Of a stretch of DNA of 24,000 bases, positions 16,332-24,000 are shown piece by piece. Source of the stretch: Thermoplasma acidophilum DSM 1728 (GTDB lineage Archaea > Thermoplasmatota > Thermoplasmata > Thermoplasmatales > Thermoplasmataceae); contig NC_002578.1 in assembly GCF_000195915.1 (NCBI RefSeq), positions 963,644 through 987,643 on the forward strand, given 5' to 3'. The translations under genes and the position numbers were made by a program. The notes under the pieces were generated by a model. That model worked only from the letters and a program-made list of their open reading frames with translations, was not told the origin of the DNA and made no database searches. Position 1 is the first letter of the stretch. Every line of letters starts with the position of its first letter.

Positions 16332-17225
16332 GTGGACAGAGGGAAGGCAAGATCCATTGCAGTTTATGTGATAATACTTGGAGCCGTTATGGTGGCACTG
16401 CTTGCGCTGCTCTACGTGATAAGCCTGTTTCACATAGTTCCACTGAAATTCTCTCACGTACTTTATGCAATAGTCATAGGTGTGATAATTTATGCTATTG
16501 TCAAGGTAGTGGTGAAGTATTTTGAGAGATTCTTCGCCGCTCATAAGGAATACAGGCATCTGAAATATGTGACGTTCATAATAAGCCTTGTTGGGTATTT
16601 CATAATAGCCCTTGCCGTCCTGGCTTCCCTGGGTATAGATGTTTCTTCTGTTATACTTGGATCGGCATTTATAAGTGCAGTGATAGGCCTCGCTGCACAG
16701 ACAGTCCTTTCCAATATCTTTGGTGGCCTTTTCATCTCTGTTGTGAGGCCATTCAACGTTGGCGATCATGTTATAATAAACACATGGCAATACGGTGCGT
16801 CCTTGCCATCTTATCCTCCGAAATATTTTTCAAGGGACTTCATGGAAGCCTCCATGTACAGGGGCATAATATTCGACATCTCAATGAATTACACCACCAT
16901 CGTGCTTGAATCTGGGGATACGGTGAAGATACCCAATGGCATAATGGTGCAGGCGGCCATAACTATAAGAAAGGGCATGGTAACCGTTCAGGCGAGATAT
17001 GAGGTTCCAAAAAGCGTACCATTCGAGAACGTTGCAGAAAAGCTGAAGCAGGAGATCCTCTCGGATCATGACGCAAAGAATCTCTCTGTATTCATCGATG
17101 AAAGCACGCTGAACACTTACATAATGCTCATCAGAGGGGATTTTCCAGGTGAAGATGCCGATTTGATCAGGAGCTCAATTATAAAGAAGGCCATGGAGAT
17201 CGTAGAACCTATGAAGGCCCACTGA
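16332..17225 (+). CDS. Small-conductance mechanosensitive channel (MscS family)
   Basis: The 297-aa ORF has three N-terminal TM helices followed by GLAAQTVLSNIFGGLFISVVRPFNVGDHV, the pore helix / beta-domain signature of MscS. It uses a GTG start. Confidence 0.85.
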   Translation: MDRGKARSIAVYVIILGAVMVALLALLYVISLFHIVPLKFSHVLYAIVIGVIIYAIVKVVVKYFERFFAAHKEYRHLKYVTFIISLVGYFIIALAVLASLGIDVSSVILGSAFISAVIGLAAQTVLSNIFGGLFISVVRPFNVGDHVIINTWQYGASLPSYPPKYFSRDFMEASMYRGIIFDISMNYTTIVLESGDTVKIPNGIMVQAAITIRKGMVTVQARYEVPKSVPFENVAEKLKQEILSDHDAKNLSVFIDESTLNTYIMLIRGDFPGEDADLIRSSIIKKAMEIVEPMKAH

Positions 17226-17237
17226 AGGAGCCTTACC

Positions 17238-18047
17238 TCAGCGGCGCCCCCTGATCATACCGTTGTCGCTAAAATATGCAGAAACATAATCTGCTGGCGT
17301 TTTTTCAAAATACGAGTTCAGGCACTTCCCATCGTAGCCCAACTCGGAGCATGGATGCTGCACGAATTCAGGATAGGTTTTATATTCGTAACCCTGTTCG
17401 AACTTCATGGACATCGTTAGTGAATAAAATGGTTTTTTTAGATCTCTAGCACAAATTGCCAATGGAAATGTGCCGACTTTATGTACCAACGCGAGATCCG
17501 AGAGGACAGAATCCGAACCAACCAGAACTGCATCGCTCTTTGACACCGCAAGACACATCTCGGCATCGGTAATCAGATATACATCCTTTCCAGATTCGGA
17601 CAGAGATTTTGCCATTATGCGTCCTTCCAGCATTGGGCGGCTTTCAAGAACATAAATCCTGTTCGCCTCACTTGAAGATAAAAACTCCTTTACATTGTGG
17701 CTATTGCTCATGGTAGTAATGACTTGCGCGTTTATCGATCTTATGGCGTTACTTATCGCCGTTCGCTCCTGTGCAAGTATGTGCAACCTGAAATCCTCCG
17801 GCGATAAATTTGGCTCTGACAGCGCAAGTTTTGCCGCGTTTCTTACCAAAGCCATCCCAACGAAGCTGTTCTGTATAATTTTAGAATAGTTCTCATCAGG
17901 ATATCTATGCAGAAAAGAAAATACTTTGACCGCAAGATCCACGGATCCAGAGGTATTGTCGCTGAGTATATTGTTTAAATCCTCAGATCCTTCCTTCGCA
18001 GACATATATTCACCTGCAACATTAAATTCTATCTTCAGATCACACAA
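17238..18047 (-). CDS. eIF-2B alpha/beta/delta-family protein (sugar-phosphate isomerase-like fold), short form
   Basis: The 269-aa ORF has the C-terminal region RIYVLESRPMLEGRIMAKSL...VLVGSDSVLSDLALVHKVGTFPLAICARDLKKPFYSL. This matches the IF-2B family pattern (GAD..L.NG...NKiGT..lA..A....vPfyv). Its start overlaps the upstream gene's stop by 8 nt. An alternative ATG lies at 18005. Confidence 0.7.
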   Translation of the reverse strand: MCDLKIEFNVAGEYMSAKEGSEDLNNILSDNTSGSVDLAVKVFSFLHRYPDENYSKIIQNSFVGMALVRNAAKLALSEPNLSPEDFRLHILAQERTAISNAIRSINAQVITTMSNSHNVKEFLSSSEANRIYVLESRPMLEGRIMAKSLSESGKDVYLITDAEMCLAVSKSDAVLVGSDSVLSDLALVHKVGTFPLAICARDLKKPFYSLTMSMKFEQGYEYKTYPEFVQHPCSELGYDGKCLNSYFEKTPADYVSAYFSDNGMIRGRR

Positions 18048-18915
18048 TATCTATTGAATATCCGAATTTCATCGTGTCGCCAGGATTTAAAAGCCTCAAA
18101 CCGATGCCGTTGTTGAAAGAGTCAACTGCAGACATCATCGGTTCAATTGCAACCGAAGAGCCTGCTGAATATCTACCATTGTATATCACGAAGAAAGGCA
18201 TATTGTTCCTAGTGATCTTCAGCCTGGAATATCCTACATCTACGATTATGTCTGAATCGGCAAAGAACTGATTGTCATAGGCATTCAAGTAGCTGATATC
18301 ACCGAAAGTCATTCTGTCCATCTTCCCTGTTGGAAATGGGCCATCGTATTCCATGATCCATGCGGTTTCGGGCTTGATGATGGCCCATTTATTCTTGTAG
18401 ACAAAATATGGATGGAATCCTGCTGCTATTGGAGACCGCTTAACGCCCTTATTTATAACGGTGACTTCGCATCGATATGATGTTTCATCGACGCTATGCG
18501 ATATCCTTACTGAAAGATCTGATGGGTATGCCTCACCGCCGGCTATGCTGGTTTCCATCGTAATTGATTCCTCTTCTCTGCTTATCACACTGAAGTTTTT
18601 ATCGAGTACCAGGCCGTGTATGCTGTTCTTTCCCTCATTGTTGGGAAGCCTGTATTCAACGCCATCCATGACGTATCTTGCATCTTTCACCCTGTTTGCA
18701 TATGGAAACAGAAAGGCAGATCCGAAATGCGTCGGAGATCCATCGTACGAATGAAGGAGAATATCCAGTCCATCAATCTGGAGCGAATCCATGTGAGATC
18801 CAATTTCCGATATCGATGCCCTGCTCTTGCCAGATACTATTTGAAGAGACACAGATAAGTCAGCGCTGGGTTGAATATAACATTTGTTGAAACCACAGGG
18901 ATTCAAAATCTGCAT
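18040..18915 (-). CDS. Aldose 1-epimerase (galactose mutarotase-like) family protein
   Basis: The 291-aa ORF contains FLFPYANRV, NSIHGLV and AAGFHPYF, which are characteristic mutarotase-fold motifs. Confidence 0.8.
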   Translation of the reverse strand: MQILNPCGFNKCYIQPSADLSVSLQIVSGKSRASISEIGSHMDSLQIDGLDILLHSYDGSPTHFGSAFLFPYANRVKDARYVMDGVEYRLPNNEGKNSIHGLVLDKNFSVISREEESITMETSIAGGEAYPSDLSVRISHSVDETSYRCEVTVINKGVKRSPIAAGFHPYFVYKNKWAIIKPETAWIMEYDGPFPTGKMDRMTFGDISYLNAYDNQFFADSDIIVDVGYSRLKITRNNMPFFVIYNGRYSAGSSVAIEPMMSAVDSFNNGIGLRLLNPGDTMKFGYSIDIV

Positions 18916-19118
18916 GAATTATAATTTGAAAATAGATATAGCCATTAAGAAATGATGATCGTATGCAATTGTTCATGATGTTAAACGATCGAATGCAACC
19001 TAGGCGAATAAGCCATGCGTTTTAAGTTACCCCTTTGAACTGTATGTAGTTTTAACAAACTAAAGCAAAGGGAACAGGAAGGTAAACAAATTTAAATAAA
19101 ACATATCTGCCACGCGAT

Positions 19119-19388
19119 TCAGCGTGACAGCGTGATTTCTATGGATGAAACGTTTGAACTGCCCCTCTCACCCTGGAGAGTTTCAGTGTCAAGTTTTATT
19201 TCCTCGTATTTTGCGTCTGGAATGAATTTATGCCTTGTGATCTCTGCTACATCCACTGCCTTACTGATCGTCTTTCCACGCGCCTTTATGATTATCTTAT
19301 TGGCGTTGTTGTTGAACTGGGTGACCACTGCAAGCACGTAGTTCATTGTCGGTTTCTTTCCTACAAAGATTATGTTCTCCTCTGCCAT
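19119..19388 (-). CDS. albA: Alba (Sso10b-type) DNA/RNA-binding chromatin protein
   Basis: The 89-aa ORF reads MAEENIIFVGKKPTMNYVLAVVTQF...IIIKARGKTISKAVDVAEI, the canonical Alba sequence pattern. Confidence 0.93.
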   Translation of the reverse strand: MAEENIIFVGKKPTMNYVLAVVTQFNNNANKIIIKARGKTISKAVDVAEITRHKFIPDAKYEEIKLDTETLQGERGSSNVSSIEITLSR

Positions 19389-19607
19389 TTTTGATCACTA
19401 CTGATACGGATTTCTGCTTAATATATAACAGTATCGCAAAACAAAATTACAACCATGAACATGGTAAACAAAATATCGGTATAATGAGCGCAGAATCCTA
19501 CAGGGATATGCATACCGCTGCCAAGCCACAAACTCTAATCGCTTTGCATCTGTAGTTAGCTATGGACGATACGCAACCGATATATTCCGTTCCTGTTATC
19601 GTCTATC

Positions 19608-20306
19608 ATGGCAAATATGAATGCGATAATCATTGGAGCTAGCGAAACATTTGGCTTTTTTGCCGCCAAGGATCTCTTGCACCAGGGATTTCATGTCACG
19701 ATCAATGCCAGGAATGAAGAAAAGCTGTCCTCAATGAAGGCTGATCTTGCAAAGGAAGGGTACATAGAATTCGTGGCAGGCGACATATCACAAGAATACA
19801 CATTGAAAACCATAAGGGATCACTACAAAGAATCCAAGATAAATGCCCTGATAATGGGTCTTGGCGGCTATGCGCCTGACAATATATCAGATCCGAAGGG
19901 AATTATGAAGATGTTCGAGGACAATGTAATGCGCCCATTCACGACTCTTTCAAAATTCATCGATCTCATGGCAACCCCTTCATCAGTCGTCTTCATGAGC
20001 AGTGTGTATTCCGTTTCAATCGTATCGGAAAATTCCCTTTCCTATTCCGGAAGCAAGGCGGCACTCAACAGGATGGTTGCCTCTGCCGCAAAATCGCTAC
20101 TTAAAAACAGGATCCGGGTTAACGCAGTCGTCACCACATCGATGGACGACAAATCGCACTCAGAGAGGAATATTTATTTCAATCCGGGAAAGCAATCCAT
20201 CGATCCTGAACTTGTAGCGATGGTTGTTGGTTTCCTAGCAGGCGAAAGATCCCTGGGCATCACCGGATCCGTCATAGTAGTAGATCAGGGATTCTCCCTT
20301 CGATGA
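19608..20306 (+). CDS. Short-chain dehydrogenase/reductase (SDR) family oxidoreductase
   Basis: The 232-aa ORF has an N-terminal dinucleotide loop IIGASETFG and a catalytic YSGSKAAL (YxxxK) preceded by MSSV. A TATA-like CGATATATTCC (19578..19588) lies about 25 nt upstream. Confidence 0.8.
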   Translation: MANMNAIIIGASETFGFFAAKDLLHQGFHVTINARNEEKLSSMKADLAKEGYIEFVAGDISQEYTLKTIRDHYKESKINALIMGLGGYAPDNISDPKGIMKMFEDNVMRPFTTLSKFIDLMATPSSVVFMSSVYSVSIVSENSLSYSGSKAALNRMVASAAKSLLKNRIRVNAVVTTSMDDKSHSERNIYFNPGKQSIDPELVAMVVGFLAGERSLGITGSVIVVDQGFSLR

Positions 20307-20320
20307 ATAGGACAAACGGA

Positions 20321-21454
20321 TCACTCCTGCACCGGCCTGTAAAGGAGGAAATAGGACATCGCCCCTGAGGCTAGCAGCAGAGCTGAAACGATTATAGTCC
20401 CGGCCATGGCATATTTTGCGGTTATCAGCACAGATCCTAGGAATACAGGTATAACCGCGACGCCTGCATTGGTCGCAACGCTGAACATTGCCGTTGAAAA
20501 ACCGGCTTCTTCCGGCTTTGGAGAATAATAGGTCACAGATGTCATTGCCATGGACCAGTAGGCGTTTCCGAAGAAACCAAAGAAGAAATATGAGAGCCCA
20601 GTCAGGGCAAGAATCTTCATGAACTCCAGGGATACCGTCATGAAGACTCCAAACAAAAAGGCAAGGGAACCTGTCAGGATGATGCCGAATCTCAGGATCT
20701 GGCCTTTGCCGAATAATGGGGGAAGAATCATGGCTCCTAATGCCGAACCAAGGAATGTTAGGCCGCCAAACAACCCACCCGCCTCCAGAGCCTCCGATTC
20801 GCTGAACCCATGCATGAGAAGAACGCTTGATGCAATGCTTCCAAACATGACGGAGATCGCAGATATTGTCAGGCCCACGTACCAATTTTTTATCATGCCT
20901 GCCTTGAACAGCCCCTTTAAGCGGCGTGGGGTATAGTAGCTTGGGAATTCCTTCATGAAAAACAGCAGCAAGACCATAAGGACGAATGCGGCAATCGCTG
21001 GCAATTCCAGCGTAATATCCAAAGGTATAGCAATCATTATGTATGGTGTTATTAGGGCACCGAAGGCCATTCCTAAAAAGAGCGATCCAACGCTGAGTCC
21101 TATAAGAGTGTGGCTTCTGGATCTGCCGAATACCTCTGCTATGCTTCCGACAGGCGCCATGGCAAGTGGATATCCTACAGCAGCAATAAGAGAGAAAATC
21201 AGAAATGGAAGATAAGTATGGAATATTGGCCTGAAGGCAAGGCCGATGAAGGTGAGGATGGCAGAAGCTATAACAGAATTCCCCACTTTACCACGGAATG
21301 ATAGGTAACCGGCCACAAGGCCAAATGCAACCATGGCATATCCGTATGAGGACACTATTAAAAGCAGGGCAGAGGGCGATGATCTGGTTACAGAGATAAG
21401 ATCTGGAATGATGGGTGCGATCATGAACCATCCGAATCCTATGAAGAAAAGCAA
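20321..21454 (-). CDS. Major facilitator superfamily transporter (12 predicted TM segments)
   Basis: The 377-aa protein is very hydrophobic, with about 12 hydrophobic segments arranged 6+6 around a central loop (FPSYYTPRRLKGLFKAG). The start is uncertain. TTG at 21454 is the first canonical start, but the open frame continues upstream with membrane-protein-like sequence (LKTVRIFGLYLA) and no ATG/GTG/TTG. Confidence 0.75.
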   Translation of the reverse strand: MLFFIGFGWFMIAPIIPDLISVTRSSPSALLLIVSSYGYAMVAFGLVAGYLSFRGKVGNSVIASAILTFIGLAFRPIFHTYLPFLIFSLIAAVGYPLAMAPVGSIAEVFGRSRSHTLIGLSVGSLFLGMAFGALITPYIMIAIPLDITLELPAIAAFVLMVLLLFFMKEFPSYYTPRRLKGLFKAGMIKNWYVGLTISAISVMFGSIASSVLLMHGFSESEALEAGGLFGGLTFLGSALGAMILPPLFGKGQILRFGIILTGSLAFLFGVFMTVSLEFMKILALTGLSYFFFGFFGNAYWSMAMTSVTYYSPKPEEAGFSTAMFSVATNAGVAVIPVFLGSVLITAKYAMAGTIIVSALLLASGAMSYFLLYRPVQE

Positions 21455-21676
21455 TGCAAGGTAAAGACCGAATATTCTAACAGTTTTCAGGATTATCGCC
21501 TCTTGAGCTGATTTGCATGACTGATAATAACAAGCTTAAATCTCCATAATATCATTAAACCATATTTTAATCTTTTCAGATAATGTAGATCATATTCCAT
21601 TCTAAATTACATCAAGCAACGAACATTCAAGGATTCCCTGACATTAGTATATAAATATCCAGTTAACGGTGTTTGA

Positions 21677-22456
21677 TCATCTGCAACATTTAAAAGAGCC
21701 TTTATATAGGATCCGCAGAGACTGTTTTCCCATAGTTAAAAGAAGATCCTCATCAAGTTTTCCCGAGAATTCTATGTAAAAATAATATTTCCATATGGTG
21801 TCCCTCAATGGCCTTGAATAGATCATATTCATGTTTATGCCCCTGCTGGCAAGAACTCCGATCAGACTATGAAGCGATCCTGGCCTGTCTGGTATCACGC
21901 AAAGTATGATGTGCCTCGATCCTTCAACGTTTCTCTCTCTTCCTATGAGGATGAATCTCGTTATGTTTCTGGACTTCGATTCTATCTTGACGGTATTTGC
22001 AAGGCCGTAGTGCTGTGCAGCTTTCATGGAACATAGCGCTGCTCCGGCCTCGTCCATTGATGCAAGTTTCGCTGCCTCTGAGGTGCTGCTAGTCCTTATC
22101 ACTTCGATGTTTTCTGTCCTCTCCAGGTAGTCTCCTGCTTCCGCAATTGCATGGGGATGCGAGTATATTCTTCTGATATTCTCTGTATCACAGTTTGAGG
22201 CCAGAAATATCTCGATGGGTATTTCTACGTGATCCACAATGTATATATCTTCATGCCTGAAGAGGCCGTCAAGTGTTTCATTGACAGGGCCTTCTATGCT
22301 GTTCTCTATGGGAACGATGCCATAATCGCCGGTAACCGATATCTTATGGAATATTTCGCTTATGGATCGCACTGGCACTAGATCCGATCCGAATATCTCC
22401 GCTGCCTCCTGGGAAAAGCTTCCTGGCGGCCCGAGATAGAATATTTTTCTGATCAC
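21677..22456 (-). CDS. pheA: Prephenate dehydratase with C-terminal ACT domain
   Basis: The motifs are YLGPPGSFSQEAA near the N-terminus, NITRFILIG (TRF motif) and an ACT region ending IYSRPL. I chose the GTG at 22456 (giving MIRKIFYLGPPGS, 259 aa) because family members start a few residues before this motif. The maximal ORF extends to an ATG at 22510. Confidence 0.85.
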   Translation of the reverse strand: MIRKIFYLGPPGSFSQEAAEIFGSDLVPVRSISEIFHKISVTGDYGIVPIENSIEGPVNETLDGLFRHEDIYIVDHVEIPIEIFLASNCDTENIRRIYSHPHAIAEAGDYLERTENIEVIRTSSTSEAAKLASMDEAGAALCSMKAAQHYGLANTVKIESKSRNITRFILIGRERNVEGSRHIILCVIPDRPGSLHSLIGVLASRGINMNMIYSRPLRDTIWKYYFYIEFSGKLDEDLLLTMGKQSLRILYKGSFKCCR

Positions 22457-22600
22457 GATGCTGTATTCGAATATATTTAGGTTATTTGAAAACTTTGCCT
22501 GAACATGCATTTACTTTTCGTTCAATGCATTCTACTGATAGGTATGCCTTATACGGTACTTGGACGCCATGCATAAAACAGCATCCATTGTACGTGAAGA

Positions 22601-22685
22601 TGCGAGGGGCGGGATTTGAACCCGCGAACCCCTTCGGGACAGGATCTTAAGTCCTGCACTGTTGGCCTGGCTTAGTTACCCTCGC
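22601..22685 (-). tRNA. tRNA-Leu (anticodon UAA), class II with long variable arm, no intron, no encoded CCA
   Basis: The minus strand reads GCGAGGG-TA-ACT-AAGCCAGGCCAAC-AGT-G-CAGGA-CTTAAGA-TCCTG-TCCCGAAGGGGTTC-GCGGG-TTCAAAT-CCCGC-CCCTCGC-A. It has a 7-bp acceptor stem, 5-bp anticodon and T stems, a TTCAAAT T-loop and TAA at anticodon positions 34-36. Confidence 0.92.
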
Positions 22686-22698
22686 GTTTCCGCTATGC

Positions 22699-22716
22699 AA
22701 AAAATGAATAATAATC
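22699..22716 (-). promoter_or_regulatory. TATA-box-like element for tRNA-Leu (GATTATTATTCATTTTTT on the minus strand)
   Basis: The element is centred about 23 nt upstream of the mature tRNA 5' end at 22685. Confidence 0.4.
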
Positions 22717-22813
22717 TTTGCCGGATCTGCCTGGCCCGATTCAATGGATTTCTATACGAAGAAGCAACTCTATTTTTCAGGAATATTAATATCTCATAAG
22801 CATATGAGGTTGC

Positions 22814-23092
22814 ATGGCATTTCCCGGTGGCAATTTCCCAACAGATGGTGAACTTGTAGAATTCGAAACTGAAGAGGAACCAAAGTGGATCACTGTGAAG
22901 TTGAAAGATGGATCAGTCTTGCAGATAAAGATGGAGATCGTGTCCATACTCAGGAATGGCAACGATCCCAACACCGGAATACCCAACTATATGATACAGG
23001 CCACAAACATAATAAGGCTAGTAAAAGTTCCAAAGGAGCTAATTGTAAAACCAAAAAAGGGAAACGAACAGGGTGGCCAGTTATACCGCTAA
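22814..23092 (+). CDS. Small hypothetical protein (92 aa) with acidic N-terminus and basic C-terminus
   Basis: The ORF has no overlapping competitor of better quality. A TATA-like GAATATTAATATC (22781..22793) lies about 27 nt upstream of the ATG. The composition looks protein-like: a beta-rich core KWITVKLKDGSVLQIKMEIVSIL and a tail KPKKGNEQGG. I recognise no family. Confidence 0.55.
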   Translation: MAFPGGNFPTDGELVEFETEEEPKWITVKLKDGSVLQIKMEIVSILRNGNDPNTGIPNYMIQATNIIRLVKVPKELIVKPKKGNEQGGQLYR

Positions 23093-23128
23093 GCGTATTT
23101 TAAACATTTCAGTTCCGATATATTTCTA

Positions 23129-23150
23129 GCAAAAAATTTCAATTTTTTCG
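23129..23150. terminator. Palindromic A6/T6 element (GCAAAAAATTTCAATTTTTTCG), candidate bidirectional oligo-T terminator
   Basis: It lies in the 72-nt spacer between the convergent small ORF (+) and pcn (-). It presents a T6 tract on both strands, and archaeal termination uses oligo-T tracts. Confidence 0.45.
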
Positions 23151-23164
23151 TGAATGATATTTTC

Positions 23165-23905
23165 TTACTGCTCCATTCTCGGAGCCAGAAGGAAAAGTCC
23201 TTTTATCTTTGCGCCTGGATTCTGATCCAGATAAAATTCAACCGATAGAGGATAATCATCCCTGAAGCTGAGTTTCAAGCTATCCGTTGAGGATATTGCC
23301 TTTATAAATTTCAGCAGGTATTCGAGAGGATAAGAGCTCTTGATGGTTGTGTTGCAAGACATGTCCGTTATCAGATCCTTGGGAAGTATCATCTCTGATT
23401 CTTCCGATTCCGAATGCGAATAGGCCTTGAAACCGTCTTGGGAGAGGGTGAATCTTATTGAATCCGATATATCCTCTGCTGCCCTCAAGCCCCTCTCGAA
23501 ATCAGACTTCTTCAAGACTGCATAGTACTCCGACGTTATGTTGGGTATCTTTGGGGTAACTATGGTTGACGGATCAAGAAGCGATATGCTCTTGTTTATT
23601 GTGCCCAGCTCAAATTTCAGCTTTTCACCATCCTTTGTTATGCCGACGTTCTCTGAGGAGCTCGCTAGCCTGATCACAGACTTGAGCCTGTCAATATCCA
23701 GGGCGATCTCCTCCTGCCCATCCGTGTGGAACTCAACAAATGCTTCCTTTGGGACTTCCAGCCTTATCATGGCAACATGCGCTGGGTCAACGGCGGTTAC
23801 GCTCATGCCGTTTTCGTCAACTCTGAACTTCGCCTCTGATACTATCGTGCTCAGTAAATCCGTAATCTCCTTGAGATTCTTAACCGAAAGGTTCAGTCTG
23901 ATCAT
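23165..23905 (-). CDS. pcn: DNA polymerase sliding clamp PCNA
   Basis: MIRLNLSVKNLKEITDLLSTIVSEAKFRVDENGMSVTAVDPAHVAMIRLEVPKEAF is a typical archaeal PCNA N-terminus. Starting at the ATG at 23905 gives 246 aa, the normal PCNA length, with GGTG 9 nt upstream. The maximal ORF extends 25 codons further to 23980. Confidence 0.9.
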   Translation of the reverse strand: MIRLNLSVKNLKEITDLLSTIVSEAKFRVDENGMSVTAVDPAHVAMIRLEVPKEAFVEFHTDGQEEIALDIDRLKSVIRLASSSENVGITKDGEKLKFELGTINKSISLLDPSTIVTPKIPNITSEYYAVLKKSDFERGLRAAEDISDSIRFTLSQDGFKAYSHSESEESEMILPKDLITDMSCNTTIKSSYPLEYLLKFIKAISSTDSLKLSFRDDYPLSVEFYLDQNPGAKIKGLFLLAPRMEQ

Positions 23906-24000
23906 ATCACAACACCATTCAATCTGTTTTTCATTCACTTTTATCAGGTTCTTCGGAGGATCTGTAGATCCAGCCTCCATTTCATCATCTTAGTGGATTT

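Noticed and set aside
18951-19000. A possible C/D-box sRNA: AATGATGA (C-box-like) followed 16 nt later by CATGATGT (C'-like).
   Set aside because: No CTGA D or D' boxes occur at the required positions, and there are no terminal pairing stems. The ATGATG words are more simply part of the promoter-region repeats.
21455-21676. A possible TPP (THI-box) riboswitch upstream of the MFS transporter. Thermoplasma is among the few archaea known to have THI elements ahead of transporters.
   Set aside because: Only weak fragments are present (CCTGAAAAC, TAGAATA). There is no CTGAGA box, no ACCTGATCTGGATAATGCCAGCG-like core and no supporting helices. Part of the region also looks like the coding 5' end of the transporter.
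22511-23164. An integrated mobile element at tRNA-Leu.
   Set aside because: There is no integrase or transposase and no direct repeat of the tRNA 3' end. The tRNA 3' flank runs straight into the housekeeping pheA gene. The only unassigned gene is a single 92-aa ORF.
23906-23980. A 25-codon N-terminal extension of PCNA (MEAGSTDPPKNLIKVNEKQIEWCCD).
   Set aside because: PCNA homologs start at the position of the internal Met (MIRLNL...), giving the canonical length of about 246 aa. A GGTG lies 9 nt upstream of that ATG. The extension has no counterpart in the family as I know it.

Overview
The window is a gene-dense archaeal chromosomal segment of about 46% GC with short intergenic spacers. AT-rich TATA-like boxes sit about 25 nt upstream of most start codons, so most transcripts look leaderless. 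I recognise the 361-aa glucose dehydrogenase (2366..3451) from memory as the Thermoplasma acidophilum enzyme, so the window is most likely T. acidophilum or a very close relative. This needs a database check.

I support 23 protein genes and one tRNA:
- Carbon metabolism: pyruvate kinase, glucose 1-dehydrogenase, aldose 1-epimerase.
- Cofactor and amino-acid metabolism: FolD, NadE, prephenate dehydratase, an SDR.
- Membrane proteins: an NhaP-type antiporter, MscS, an MFS transporter.
- Replication and chromatin: family-B DNA polymerase, PCNA, Alba.
- Other: a MoaD/SAMP-type ubiquitin-like protein, a Ygr210/YchF-type GTPase, an uncharacterised radical-SAM enzyme, an eIF-2B-family protein, a small orphan protein, tRNA-Leu(UAA).

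I saw no CRISPR arrays, transposases, integrases, inteins or rRNA.

The most interesting locus is a tightly coupled four-gene operon at 6625..10694. It encodes a type IV filament (Epd/Tad/archaellum-like) core: a catalytically degenerate FlaI/TadA-like ATPase paralog, two single-domain FlaJ/TadB/TadC-like platform proteins, and an intact ATPase. No pilin/archaellin, prepilin peptidase or FlaH/KaiC partner lies anywhere in the 24 kb.

Secondary observations:
- A PEP-utilizer-like C-terminal domain on pyruvate kinase with Asp where the phospho-His is expected.
- A C-terminal PIP box, plus a second PIP-like repeat, on PolB, with PCNA in the same window.
- An aldose-epimerase/eIF-2B-like gene pair with overlapping stop and start.
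- A roughly 250-bp, very AT-rich spacer downstream of polB.
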